DNA of 64,000 bases from Dipteris shenzhenensis. Taxonomy: Eukaryota. A model generated the notes under the pieces. That model was not told where the DNA came from, did not search any database, and was given only the letters and a program-made list of their open reading frames with translations. Shown one piece after another: positions 13,014 to 26,449 of the stretch (position 1 is its first letter; each line of letters starts with the position of its first letter). Location of the stretch: NCBI GenBank assembly GCA_047967505.1, contig CM106538.1. One strand, 5' to 3'. The translations under genes were made by a program, and so were the position numbers.

Positions 13014-15932
13014 ATGGGTTCTCAAAGCCGTAGAGCTAGTAGACGTGAAAGATGTAGGAACCCCCCCCAAATCTCATTGACGAGGAGTGCAAGCGGAAGG
13101 CTCGTGAGCGCAAGAGAGCCTCTAGAGCTCGAGCTCGCGCTGCCACCACTGATCCACCTCCAGCTCTACCTCTACATCCCACCTCCACCCCCACCCCCAC
13201 CTCCATTGTCCCCCCATGCTCATCCGCTCCCCTACCTCTAGCCTCCGCCCTTCCCCTAGCCACCTACATTTTGGCCTCCACGTCTACCTCTTCCCCCTCC
13301 ACCCTCCCCCCTCCCCCTCCCCCCACTCCGCTTGGCGCCTCCCTTCCCCCGTCCACCGTACCATCTCCCATTGATCCCGTTGCCCCACCTTGCAGCAGCA
13401 GTGTTGCTTCACGACGTGACTTGCCGAAGTCCACTATCCGTCGTCGTGCTAGCAAGATTGTGCAGTCTTTTTTTTGTGACCTCACGCCAGCTTCGCAGTC
13501 TTCTCTTCTTACGTCCCTGATTGATCACCCTGACTTGGTAGAGTGTAGGAGGCTTGCTGGTCTTGGTGCACGTAGAGATAGGGTTGTATCTAGCGAGGTC
13601 CTTAGCAGTGTTCGATGTTCCTATGCTTCTATTAAGCATAGGAACTCCAGTGATGCCTTGGCAGCACGTCGTGCTATTGTGGCTGCCATTAGTAGGCCTC
13701 ATATGATAGGCCATGTGCGTACCGCTTCACGTCTTCTTCAGATTGCACTGCGCACATTGCGAGTAGGCATCATTAGGAGGTAGAGTCTAGAGGATAGTGA
13801 GACTGATGCTCTTTGGGCTTCGAGTGGTCGTGCACCTCGCTGCGATCGATTGTTGGATGATTCCACTAGGTCCTTCATACAACAGTTTTGGGAGGAGCAT
13901 TGCAGAGCATCCCCGGTGTTCAAGAAGGCATTGCGGAAGAGGGTGTCACGCGGTGTGTACATTGAGCATGGTGCATGTTTTTTGGAGTGTACCCAGACTG
14001 AGTTGTACACTCAGTTTGTAGAGGCGCACCCGGAGTTCAAGATTGGGCAGAGGTCATTTGAGCGATGCAGGCCATGGTTTGTGCGATGCTCTCAGGAGCG
14101 TGACACATGCTGTTGTCGCTACCATGTGGATTTTGGATTGATGTATGACGTATTCCGTTCCCTTGATGGTCATAGGGGAGTGGTTCCTACTAGCCCTCGC
14201 GACTTCATTCATTCCATATTGTGTACTCGTACGAGATGGTGATGCTTTATTCCACTCCCTTGATTGTGTGGAAGGCACGTGTACTTTGTGTGGTGACTTT
14301 GCCAGAGTGCCACGAGTTGCACTAGATACTTGTGATGTGCAGATGGTTTGTTGGCAGCAGTATGAGTACTGTACCTTGACATTAGATGGTGGTGCACAGT
14401 CGAGGAGGTTGCAGCTTGTGGGGAAGGAGACACCACGTGTTGTATTCATTGACTGTTTTCGAGGGAAGCTGTACCGCTACATACGCCACTCGCACACTGC
14501 GAAATGGGAGGATCGTCAGTTTCGTGCATGTTTGAGGACATTTCCTATAGGGGTGGTTGTCTCAGTGGTGGACTTTGCGGAGAATTACACCTTTGCACCA
14601 CAGCATGAGATCCAATCGGAGTATTATTTCTCCGAACAGGTGACGTGTGATTGAGTGTTGATTTTTTCCCCGCCTCATTATATTGAATTATTTCAATAGT
14701 CATATTTTTTTTTCAATGCCATATTGCAGGTTGCTATATTTGTGCACATTAGCTATCGTCATGCACAGGCTCATGTGGATGGCATTGATAGCACCATGGA
14801 CTCACGCATCATTGTGCGAGAGTATCACTTCTACATTAGTGATGATCGATCGCATGATGCCCATTTTGTGCAGCATTGCTTCACTTTGCATGATAGTTTC
14901 TTGAGGGATCATGGTGTCACATGGCAGCGGTGCTGGATTTGGTCAGACGGTTGCGGCGGCGGTCAGTTCAAATCCGCTAGACAGTTTTATTGGTTCTGCA
15001 GATGGCACCATGAGACAGGCATTCCGATCACATGGAGCTACTTCGAGACAGGGCACGGTAAGGGAGAGCACGATGGTGCAGGTGCTTGCATGAAGCGTGC
15101 TTTGCGTCGATACCAGTTGCGTCACAGTGCCGATCGCTTCAAGGATGCACATGATGTGGTGTGGTGGTGCAGCCAGCACTTATCCACTAGTGCTACGTCC
15201 TCGTTTCAGTCACGTGACGATAGGGTGGTGAGCCGGTATTTTTGGTGCGTGGACATTGGGAGTCTTGATCGGTCGAGGCCTTTTGATTGTCGTTCTGTGC
15301 CTGGCACTCTTGATTTCCATTCCATCAGGAGTGTAGGTGAGTCTCACCCTGCGATCTTTTCTCGACGGTTTGCATGTTTTTGCTCTGCATGCATTGATGA
15401 TGATTGGGGAGGGTGCTCCATGATACCATGGGCCGATCCATGGGTACGGCGAGTGCTTTCTCCCTTCCAGCCTTGGGAGGAGATACATGATGATCAGGAT
15501 GCGGGATTCAGTTCCTCTAGAGATTATGACCAGCTTACAGATATTTTGCGTATTGGTGATATCTTCGCGGTTATTGCTTCGGAGGGCAATGAGGAGGGTG
15601 TGGATTATTACTTGTTGCGATGCTCTATGCTGAAGAGTGTGCTGAATGAGGATACAGTGGATGGGCATGGGATGCACTTCAATGCTCATAGCATGATCGT
15701 CGGTGGCCACTATTTTCAGCAGATACAGAGGCGTGGTCGCTATATTGAGTTCCAGGAGTACATGGCGGATCGGGAGGCATACATGTATTCTCATCTTGTT
15801 GTTGGGATCAAGATTACTTTGAGTCGTGTTCGCACTCGCAAGGCGACGTCCACTCCACGATGGCGCCTTGCAGTGGCGGATCACGAGAGCATACTTGCAA
15901 CTATTGGCATGAGAGCTGATCCTGAGGAGTAG
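13014..15932 (+). pseudogene. Sola2-type DDD transposase, two exons (intron 14640-14729), ~940 aa when repaired
   Basis: Motifs VDFAENY..QHEIQSEYY, WSDGCGG(G)QFKS and FETGHGKGEHDGAG; Cys clusters DTCCCRYH, CVEGTCTLCG and RRFACFCSAC. The GT-AG intron joins SEQ/VAIFVH. Lesions: frameshift ~13065, TAG ~13781, 4-bp insertion ~14226. Confidence 0.88.
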
Positions 15933-16264
15933 CACATTACATATCTTATTGTTTGGGATCATCAGTTGATCAGATTGATTTTTATTGGGTATCACTAGTT
16001 GATTACACTTTTTTGTATTCGATATGTATTGGCTCACTGTGTGACCATACCATTGTAATTTTCATGGACTCATATTTTGTATTTCACTATGATGGCTGTA
16101 TACACGTTCATACACATCATTGTATTAGATTCTATTTTTAACATGATGTCCGATGTCTTCTCAATGGGATTTGTTGTGTTTGTAATACAAAAAATTGTTT
16201 ATTAGTAGTAATGTTGTAATTTGTTTTGTGCATTAGGACATTTTAAAAACGTGACTAAGAAAAT

Positions 16265-18335
16265 AGCGCACGTACTAACGAAATACGCGTGTGGACTTGC
16301 TTATTGGGGATGAAACTTTGCACGACTCTTAGGCCACCCTAGCCAATAGTCCACGCGAGATTTGGTCTGAATTGATTTGGTGTGCGCCACGTGGAAGGTA
16401 CAATGCGTACATTTTTACAATCCCTACTAGCACTCGTGACTACGTATGAGCTATGGCGCATGTACTAACGAAATGCGCGTGTGGACTTATCTGTTGGGAA
16501 TGAAACTTCGCACAACTCTTAGGCCACCCTAGACATACATCCACGCAAGATTTGTTCTCCAACTTATTTGGTATGCGCCACGTGGAAGGTATAATGCGTA
16601 CATTTTTACAATCCCTACTAGCACGACTACGTGTGAGAAATGGTGCACGTACTAACCAAATATGCATGTGGACTTATCTGTTGGAGATTAAACTTTGCAC
16701 GGCTCTTAGGTTACCGTAGACGTACATCCACGCAAGATTTGGTGCCCAACTGATTTGGTATGCGCCACGTGGAAGGTACAATGCGTACATTTTTGCAATC
16801 CCTACTAGCACGACTACGTATGAGCTATGGCGCATGTAATGAGGAAATACGCGTGTGGACTTATCTGTTGGAAATGAAACTTCGCACGACTCTTAGGCTA
16901 CCGTAGGCGTACATCCACGCAAGATTTGGTGCCCAACTGATTTGGTATGCGCCACATGGAAGGACAGTTGCGTACATTTTTACAATCCCTACTAGCACTC
17001 GTGACTACGTATGAAAAATGGCGCACGTACTAATGAAATACACACGTGGACTTATCTGTTGGGGACGAAACTTCACACGCCTCTTAAGCTACCCTAGATG
17101 TACATCCACGCAAGATTTGGTCTCCAACTGATTTGGTATGCGCCACGTGGAAGGACAAATGCATACATTTTTACAATTTCTACTAGCACGACTAAACCCT
17201 AAACCCTAAACCCTGGACCCTAAATCCTAAACCCTGTTGGGCATGAAACTTCACACGCCTCTTAGGCTACCCTAGACGTACATCCACGCAAGATTTGGTC
17301 TCCAACTGATTTTGTTTGCGCCATGTAGAAGCAATCCCTACTAGCACGGCTAAACCCTAAACCCTAAACCCTAAACCCTGGACCCTAAATCCTAAACCCT
17401 GTTGGGGACGAAACTTCACATGCCTCTTAGGCTACCCTAGACGTACATCGACGCAAGATTTTGTCTCCAACTGATTTGGTTTGCGCCACGTAGAAGCAAT
17501 CCCTACTAGCACGGCTAAACCCTAAACCCTAAACCCTAAACCCTGGACCCTAAATCCTAAACCCTGTTGGGGACGAAAATTCACACGCCTCTTAGGCTAC
17601 CCTAGACGTACATCCACGCAAGATTTGGTCTCCAACTGATTTAGTTTGCGCCACGTAGAAGCAATCCCTACTAGCACGGCTAAACCCTAAACCCTAAACC
17701 CTAAACCCTGGACCCTAAATCCTAAACCCTGTTGGGGACAAAACTTCACACGCCTCTTAGGCTACCCTAGACGTACGTACATCCACGCAAGATTTGGTCT
17801 CCAACTGATTTTGTTTGCGCCATGTAGAAGCAATCCCTACTAGCACGGCTAAGCCCTAAACCCTAAACCCTAAACCCTGGACCCTAAATCCTAAACCCTG
17901 TTGGGGACGAAACTTCACACGCCTCTTAGGCTACCCTAGACGTACATTCACGCAAGATTTGGTCTCCAACTGATTTAGTTTGCGCCACGTAGAAGCAATC
18001 CCTACTAGCACGGCTAAACCCTAAACCCTAAACCCTGGACCCTAAATCCTAAACCCTGTTGGGGACGAAACTTGACACGCCTCTTAGGCTACCCTAGACG
18101 TACATCCACGCAAGATTTGGTCTCCAACTGATTTGGTTTGCGCCACGTAGAAGCAATCCCTACTAGCACGGCTAAACCCCAAACCCTAAACCCTAAACCC
18201 TGGACCCTAAATCCTAAACCCTGTTGGGGACGAAACTTCACACGCCTCTTAGCTACCCTAGACGTACATCGACGCAAGATTTGGTCTCCAACTGATTTGG
18301 TTTGCGCGACGTAGAAGCAATCCCTACTAGCATGA
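16265..18335. repeat. internal tandem array: ~187-191 bp units grading into ~158-169 bp units with (CCCTAAA)n
   Basis: The anchor CTAGCAC recurs at 16427, 16618, 16805, 16992, 17183, 17341, 17506, 17671, 17840, 18005 and 18163. Seven telomere-like blocks lie in 17192-18221. Confidence 0.93.
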
Positions 18336-19866
18336 CTACACGTTAGCGTACCACCAAAGTCAAAAGAAAATAGTAAAATTAAATTGTGGCCTAACATGTC
18401 ACACCTTCCTTGTACTCCCATACATGAGTGGAGTTTAAAAGGGAGAAGTGGGATTGTTAATATGTGTATATTTTTTTGGTGCATAGCCTGTGCAACAACC
18501 CTTTCTTTTTACATAAACCAAATACCAACACTTTTCCTTATACCAATCGCCAATCCTTTCTCTTGTACATAAACCACTAAATGCAAAAGAAAATAGTGAA
18601 ATAAAATGGTGGGCTAGCATGCTACACCTTCCTTGTATTCCCGTATACATGCATTAATTGCCAATTGTGTTGATTTCTCTTCTTTATGTTCATTATCTTT
18701 TATACATGCATAATAATTAGATTGGTGCATTGGCAAATGTCATATTAAGGAAATTGAAATAGTCCTTAGAAACTTGGAAGGCATATGCGATTGTGATTTG
18801 GAAGGCACATGTGATTGTGGTTCGAATATGACAAATAATTAGGTCTTGTTTTCTTTGATCACCAATTAGCACAAGTATTGTTAACAATAACAGACAAATT
18901 AAACACTGAGTCATAATAAATAACAGCAAAATCATGCAGAGGACAAGTCTAACTCCATTTTTGAAAAAAATCCCCTAAAAATTTATATTTTTTAAAAATT
19001 GTAGGGACAAAATATACGCTTCATGTCAATAATATTAAAAAACTAGAATTGTGAAAAAAGAATGCATAAAATATTACTTATATTTTATTGCAGAACCTAA
19101 AAATGTCTAGTATTACCATTTGCAAAAAGTATTCTCTCCTTTAATTTAAAAAACATGACAAATTGCAAAGGAGAAGAAACTGCTTCATTCAACTAAGAGA
19201 GTTGCTAGAGCTTTTTCTTTGAAATACCAATTGTTTTCTATGCAAGTGCCCATATCAAATTGAAAGTTGGTAAAATTGATGTTACTTTAATATCTAATTT
19301 CATTTGATGAAACAATTTTACATTGGGCTATGGCATTGTCTAAAAAAAGTAATTTTCTTTTTATACAAATTAGTTTATCAAATGGTTGAATTTCAACATA
19401 TTTTGATATTAAGATCGGAAGGCTAGATTTGGAAGCATGAATATGACAATAGTTGTCTTTTTGAAAAATTGATGAAAATTTGGATTTTGAAACACACTTT
19501 ATTGACAAACATGAATAGAATAAAATTTTTGTTTAAAAAATGAAAAACTTTTATCCGCAAAATAAAATTTTCATCCAAAATAAGATGAATTTTGATATGT
19601 TTAATGTTTAATGTTTGCAATTAATGTTTAATGTTTACAATTACTTCACATGGCATTCTTTTTTAAATACCTTATGTATTAAACAAACTATAAACTGAGA
19701 TAAACTGAGATAAACAAAGTGTGAAGAACATCATGAAAGTACGAAAATGCTCATACATCATAAAAGTGGGAACAATATCATGAAAGTACCAAAATGAATC
19801 TGTACATCATCATCATCATGCTGCAAAAGTGCATCCCTATACAAGAAACGTGTGAAGCCTAAACAA

Positions 19867-21838
19867 TCAATCTGAATCTGAATCTGATAACTCTACATAT
19901 GATCCTCTAGTGGAACGCTGACGTGGCTCCTGTATGACTCGCTGCCCAACCGTCCGCTGTGTGCCCTCAGGCAATGCCGGCTCAGATGGGCTAGCCTCAT
20001 CACCTGCATGAGATGGGCCAGCCTCATCCTGATGAGGAGGAGGGCATGCTGCACGCGCCACTGCTGCCATCTCTGCATCCCTCGCCTCCTCTATGTACGC
20101 GCGTCTCAGCTCCCATAGCCGTGCATCTGCGAATACTCGTGCCTCAAATCCAGCGCGAGTAATCGTCTCTACATGTGAAATACGCTGGTCTCGGCCCCGC
20201 CCTAGCTGCTGCTCCACCCACTGCTGCAATGATGTCTGCAGCTCTGCCTCTCGCTCAATCCGGCGTGCCTCCTCCGCTCGTGCCTCGTCACCTGGCATGA
20301 AGTCACCGTACGAAAAGCGGCATGGAACGCATGATGCAACCACTGATGTATCCGCACACTCCTGCATCAGCAATGCTCTCTGTGCCTCCTCCCTGTAGTG
20401 CTCTGTCAGGACTACACGGGCGAATGGATCAACAGCCTGACGATGACCAGGATATAGATCATCCATGCCCAGTCCTCTGTATGTCGCCACATCAATGTCG
20501 GCAAAGCATACCGGGCACATTGAACGTGCCACCATGTGGCGGGTCATGCAGTGGAGATGTGCGATGTGGCCGCACCCTAGACCAAACCACCCTACGGTGT
20601 CAAATTCCTCGTGGCAGAGGACACAAGTGGAGGTAGGAAGCCTCGCTACGACTGCTGCGTCTATCGGTGTCCTAGTCGGCACATCTACAGGAGGAGCAGG
20701 GTATAGGGCCACACTGGGGTCGATCCTATGGCGCGACGGATCATGACTGATATGCCTCAACTGCAAGATATAGTGCTCTGCGCGATGGTATGCTATGCGT
20801 GTCCGAATCCTCTGCTCCTCCAAATCTGTCTGCAAGAGTCGTACGCGAGACTCCATCTCCTGACGCAAGAGTCGTACGCGAGACTCCATCTCCTGACGCA
20901 ATAGATGTGCCTGCAATGCAAACATGTCGCGTACATGGTGAGAATTAACCAAAAAACTTCAGTTCAAAACACGCTACAAAAAAATAAACTAACATAATCA
21001 AAATAACTAACCTCGTCCCTAGACTCGGCCAACACAGCCTCCAACTCTGCAATCCGTCTGTCTCGAGCCTCCAACTCGTGCTGAGGCGCCGTAGATGTGG
21101 GAGGTGGTGTAGATGTGGGACGCTCCATCGATGATCGAGGTGGGGGAGGTGGAATCGCAATAGATCTCGATAGGGCCGAGACCATGTGCTGCAAGGATGA
21201 TGCCACTGAATGAACATCTCCCCTAATCTGTCCTCCCACCGCTCACAATGCCGGTGCAGGGATGGTGTGCAACTCTGGTCCCTCGCGTCGATGCCGAACA
21301 CCTACAATCTGCCGCTCCTGGCGCCCCATCCTACCACGTCCCGCTCCTGATCCTGGACGGGTACTGAGGTAGTCCACCCGATGACCAAGGACAAACTCAG
21401 CATAAAGCTGCATGGCAAACGACCTCGCTATCTGGCGGTTGTGAGGCAACCGACCACCATTCGCAGCAAGATATCTCGGATAAATGTGTGCTGCTATGAT
21501 GGGGTGCCTACACCGTAAAATATGCAAGGGGAGCCCTGATCGTGGTCGCTGGCCCTCGGTGTGACCATCCCAAAACATGTCGTCCAAGGCCTCCCTGTGA
21601 TGTGACTCCCGCTCAAACAACTGTCGAATCGCTCTCCAATCCAAGCCACCACCAGTGATCTCCGCCTCGGCCTGTGCCTGAAAGCTATCCACAACATCCT
21701 CAACTGTCTCCAATCGACTCAGAGCCTCAATAACTGAATCCAGGCTCGCAACCAAGTGAGGGGGTGCCCTAGCATCCTGCAGTGCCCTCATCTCAGCTCT
21801 CAGCATCTCTATCTGCATACGAATAGTGGTGCTAGAAC
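19867..21838 (-). pseudogene. transposon cargo gene encoding a coiled-coil plus RING-H2 protein (intron 20911-21011)
   Basis: CVLC-x13-CGHIAHLHC-x10-CPVC matches C3H2C3. The GT-AG intron joins ESRDE/AHLLRQ in frame. One premature TGA at ~21243, where the other copy reads CAA. The protein ends YVELSDSDSD; upstream exon(s) uncertain. Confidence 0.85.
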
Positions 21839-23999
21839 CTGTGCGCTGGCTGGCGCATGCACAAAAAAAACACATGGAAATTAATATTCTATTTGGGTAA
21901 TGAAAATAATATTCTATTCAATATGACTTATAATCTATTTACGCAATGAAAACTATTTGTACGTACTCCTTGATGAGGTAGATCCTATGCACCTACCGAC
22001 CGGTAGATGGGCCAAATGTGTGGCTCAATATTAATCAATATTATTAATAATTCTTAATTTTGATTAGAATTTTTTCACTCTAGTCGTTGCATTTTAAAAC
22101 TTAGATGTCTCAAGTATTTTCTCCTTATATGTTTCCCTTTTTTCACTTTTTATCCAATATGAAACTTTTCCACATGTGGTGTAAGAACCACATTGTCCAC
22201 TAATGGCCCCTATACTAAGGACAGATAGTGGAGAGGTTTGGTTAATAAGACCTTCTTTGAATGCTTTACTGCCTTGGGTTTGCAATAGATATGGAGGAGA
22301 TAGAAGGATACCTAATACATTACTTTGAACGATACACAAGCAAGGCGCATCTAGTATTTCTCGGACTACACATTAAAAATGAGAGCGGGTTCACACTACA
22401 GACCTTTTAAAGCGAGAACTTTGAGAAAATAATTAAGCCTTCTCAATATTATCTATTTTGGTTGGGCAATCCACCTCAACTACTGGCCATTCCTATAGAT
22501 CATCACTTGGTTCAAGACATTTTGTATAAGACTCACTCGACTTCTAGTTGTAAAAATAGTTTTGGAATGAGATCATCCACATACGTAGCAACAACAAAGG
22601 GCACAAGATCCCTAGAAGAGGATTCAAAAACTTTGAAAATTAAATCCTTGGATGTCCCTATGCAATGGGAAGGGTTGCATACGATAACTAATGTTAATTT
22701 TGGTTGAGCTCAAGTAATAAAGCGTCACCGTTGCCTATGGTTGGACTAGCAAGAAAGAGACCACCCTTGCTTACAATGAAACTAGCATATAATTCCTTGA
22801 GCATGTGGTTGACATTCCATGTGTGACATAGTTTCAACGAGGGAAAGGAGATATGTAGCATCCGCACTATTTTGGTTATGAGGTGGTTCACGTGATTATT
22901 GATACAAAGTCTTTTTGGGAAAACATCTTAGTCGTTTGTAAAAGACAAGATAAATGTTGTTAACATTAGTCATAGGTTTCCCTACGGTGCAAAAAGGGAT
23001 GTATGTGTGCCACATGGCGAGCTGCCATGTAGCAAACAACATGGAATGGGATGCTTCAAATGTCGACTCTTGAAGGTTATGGAGTTCTCTCTCTCTTAAG
23101 TCTCTTATCTATGATCATTAAGGGATGATTAGGAGAGATTCAGTCATTAACAGGCTCTATTTGAACTTAGGTCTATAGTTGATCAAAACACTTGCATATA
23201 TTAGCATGAATGTGGAATGAATATAGATCCACTAGAGTCCCATGTGCAATGAATGTTAGGTATTCTAGTTAAACTTTCAGTTTCTCTATGGCGTATTTCT
23301 TTCTTCTTATACATATAAGAGAAGTAGATGAATTATGGAACTAGACAACAAACATGATCAAAGTGCTAGATCTAAAGCATGCCATAGTGATAGCATAAGA
23401 ATCTCAAACAGTTTATAGGCACAGACTGTAATATTCGAGTTCTTGAAGACCCATCCAAATATTCTCAATCTTGTAATATTCTTTTTTCAGTTATGCTAGA
23501 GTCTATGCATAACTTAGAAGAATTAGACATTTGCAACTCCATGTCTTCTTAAGGTCTAAGCCACTATTTCATGTCTTCTTAAGGGATATTGAAGATTTGG
23601 ACTAAGCCACTATCTAGGCATTTCCAAGCTATAGCCTTATCATGCATGCTTAGTCTAATCAATCTATTGACTAATAGGGGACATATGCCTTCAACTTATT
23701 TCCTAGTAGAATCGATCCTTACTAATTGCCAAATAGTTAAAGGATGATTTATCATTAGTAATTTCCCAATATATTAGGGATGATTACCCAAGCTTAAACC
23801 TAGTTTCCTTCTAAAGAACTTGCTTGTCCCAAAGTGTCTAGTCAACTTCAAGCTTTGGTCACCAACCATGTCACTAGTCAATCTTTAATGTCCAACTCCA
23901 ATAGTTGACTAGTAGGTTTATGTTTGTGTATTAATTCGATAAGTCGAGCGAGTCTTATACAAAATGTCTTATTAATTTGATAAGTCGAGCGAGTCTTGT

Positions 24000-25540
24000 G
24001 CCTCATTAAACGTTTTTTAAATTTAAAATTTTCACATTTTAAATTTTAAATGTCGTAATTCAAAAAAAAAAATTAATTTACAAATGCATTTCAAATTTAT
24101 AAATACTTAAAAATTATTCCTATGAACGTTTTTTATTTAATAGAAAGAGCTCTATTTAACAAAAAAAAATCTCATTTCACATTTTAAATAAAAAATGTCG
24201 TAATTTACAAATTTTAAAAAAACATTAAAATGCATTATAAATTTTGAAATTTTTTATAATTTTCCTTATAAACTAAAATTTAATTAAATTCTACCAAAAA
24301 GAAAATGCTACATTAAAAAAATAGAAATATAGAACTCCTAATTCAAAAATTTTAAAAAAATTTACAAATGCATTTCAAAATTATAATATTTTATAATTAT
24401 TAATATGAACGTTCTTTTAAAATACAATTTCATATAAAAAAGCTCTATTTTGAAAATACAATTTCATTTTCACATTTTAAATAAAAAATGTCATAATTCA
24501 TAAATTTCAAAAAAACATTATATTGCATTTCAAATTTAGAAAATTTTTATTATTTCTCTTTTAACCTAAAATTTTTTATTATTTCTCTTTTAAATTCTAC
24601 CTCATAAAAAAAATAGAAATATTTAACATTTTCACATTTTTAATAAAAAAAGCCTCATTAAACGATTTTTAAATTTAAAAATTTCACATTTTAAATTATA
24701 AATGTCGTAATTTAAAAATTAAAAAATAAAATTTACAAATGCATTTGAAATTTATAAATATTTTATAATTATTAATATGAACTTTTTTTATTTACTAAAA
24801 AAGGCTCTATTTAAAAAAAATAATTAATTTTCACATTTTAAATAAAAAATCTCGTAATTTATAAATTTAAGAAAAACTAAATTTATAATGCATTTTATAA
24901 TTTTTCTTATAAACTAAAATTTTAAATTACGTTTTTTAAAATTAAAATTTTCACATTTTAAATTATAAATGTCGTAAAAAAAAAATTTTACAACTACATT
25001 TTAAATTTATAAATATTTTATAATTAATTGCAATCAACGTTTTTTTATTTACTAAAAAAAGCTCTATTTAAAAAAAAAATAATTAATTTTCACATTTTAA
25101 ATAAAAAATCTCGTAATTTATAAATTTAAGAAAAACTAAATTTATAATGCATTTTATAATTTTTCTTATAAACTAAAATTTTAAATTACGTTTTTTAAAA
25201 TTAAAATTTTCACATTTTAAATTATAAATGTCGTTATTTAAAAAATAAAAAAAAAAATTCAACTACATTTCAAATTTATAAATATTTTATAATTAATAAT
25301 ATCAACGTTTTTTTATTTACTAAAAAAAGCTCTATTTAAAAAAAAAATTTAATTTTCACATTTTAAATAAAAAATCCCGTAATTCATAAATTTGAGAAAA
25401 ACATTAAAATTTCAGAAAAACATTAAAATGCATTTTATAATTTTTCTTTTAAACTAAAATTAAATCAAATTCTACATAAAAGAAAATGCTACATAAAAGA
25501 AAATGCTACATAAAAGAAAATGCTACACAAAAGAAAATGC
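24000..25540. repeat. AT-rich degenerate repeat (inverted counterpart of 7560-8852)
   Basis: Reverse-complement similarity to 7560-8852 with unit gains and losses. Confidence 0.8.
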
Positions 25541-25660
25541 CAACCTGGACTCTCCCCCTCCTGCTCCGTCCATCTCCGTCGAAGTCCGTTCGTCGCTCTC
25601 CGTCGCTCGCGCTCTTCCGTCGAAGTCCGGCAAATCCGAAATCGGTGAATGAGGCAGAGC

Positions 25661-26348
25661 TCGATCGAGGTATGCGGAATGAGGGGGGTCGCTCTCCTTT
25701 TATAATAAAAATTAGGGTTTACCTACCTCGATCGAGGTATTCTTTCCATGCGCATACATCACGGTACATATACCTCGATCGAGGTATTGGCATGCCACGA
25801 TACCTCGATCGAGGTATTCTTGACATAACCATGCATCTCGTTCGCATGCCACAATACCTCGATCGAGGTATTCTTTCCATGCGCATACATCCCGGCACAT
25901 ATACCTCGATCGAGGTATGGCCATGCCACGATACCTCGATCGAGGTATTGTGACATGCCCATACATCTCGGTACATCCACGTCGATGGAGGTTTTGACAT
26001 GCCACGATACCTCGATCGTGGTGTGTTGGCGGAAACGGGATGCCAAGTCATGTGTCCACGATACCTCGATCGAGGTATGTCATCCGCCCTGTTGGCTGCC
26101 CTTTCGGATGGCACATACCTCGATCGAGGTATGCTGGACATGCCACGTGACCTCGATCGAGGTTGAGCTGGATGGCCACAATACCTCGACGAGGTAGATG
26201 TGGCATGTGTAGCTGGCCTGCCAACAAACCTCGATCGAGGTACATGCTCGGTTCGGCAAAAAAGCTACGTACCTCGATCGAGGTATGGGCTAGGCTCGGT
26301 TGTGCTCGTGTGTGGTTTTCATTGGACCTTATACCTCGATCGAGGTAT
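25661..26348. repeat. subterminal palindrome array of the inner copy
   Basis: About 15 ATACCTCGATCGAGGTAT-type copies, mirroring 6751-7440. Confidence 0.92.
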
Positions 26349-26449
26349 AGGAGACCGAAGCAAAACCTTTGTATTTTCACTCGAGCGGGTGTCACACTCA
26401 CCCGAAAGTGGTCCGGAAGTGGACACCCTTAGCTTGCTACCTCCCAGCA

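Larger units (their letters stand above)
11375..26445 (+). mobile_element. Sola2-like DNA transposon, inner nested copy (15,071 bp)
   Basis: TIRs GGGTGGAAGCAAGCTAAGGGTGTCCACTT (11375-11403) and AAGTGGACACCCTTAGCTTGCTACCTCCC (26417-26445). TSD AGCA at 11371-11374 and 26446-26449. The empty-site sequence CATCATAGCAGCACACATTT is visible on the minus strand at ~21482-21501. Confidence 0.92.

Noticed and set aside
15210-16037. 275-aa minus-strand ORF
   Set aside because: It is an antisense shadow of the transposase exon and is broken in the other copy.
17192-18221. True chromosome telomere
   Set aside because: The repeats are short blocks embedded in a 165-bp monomer inside a transposon, with ordinary sequence on both sides.
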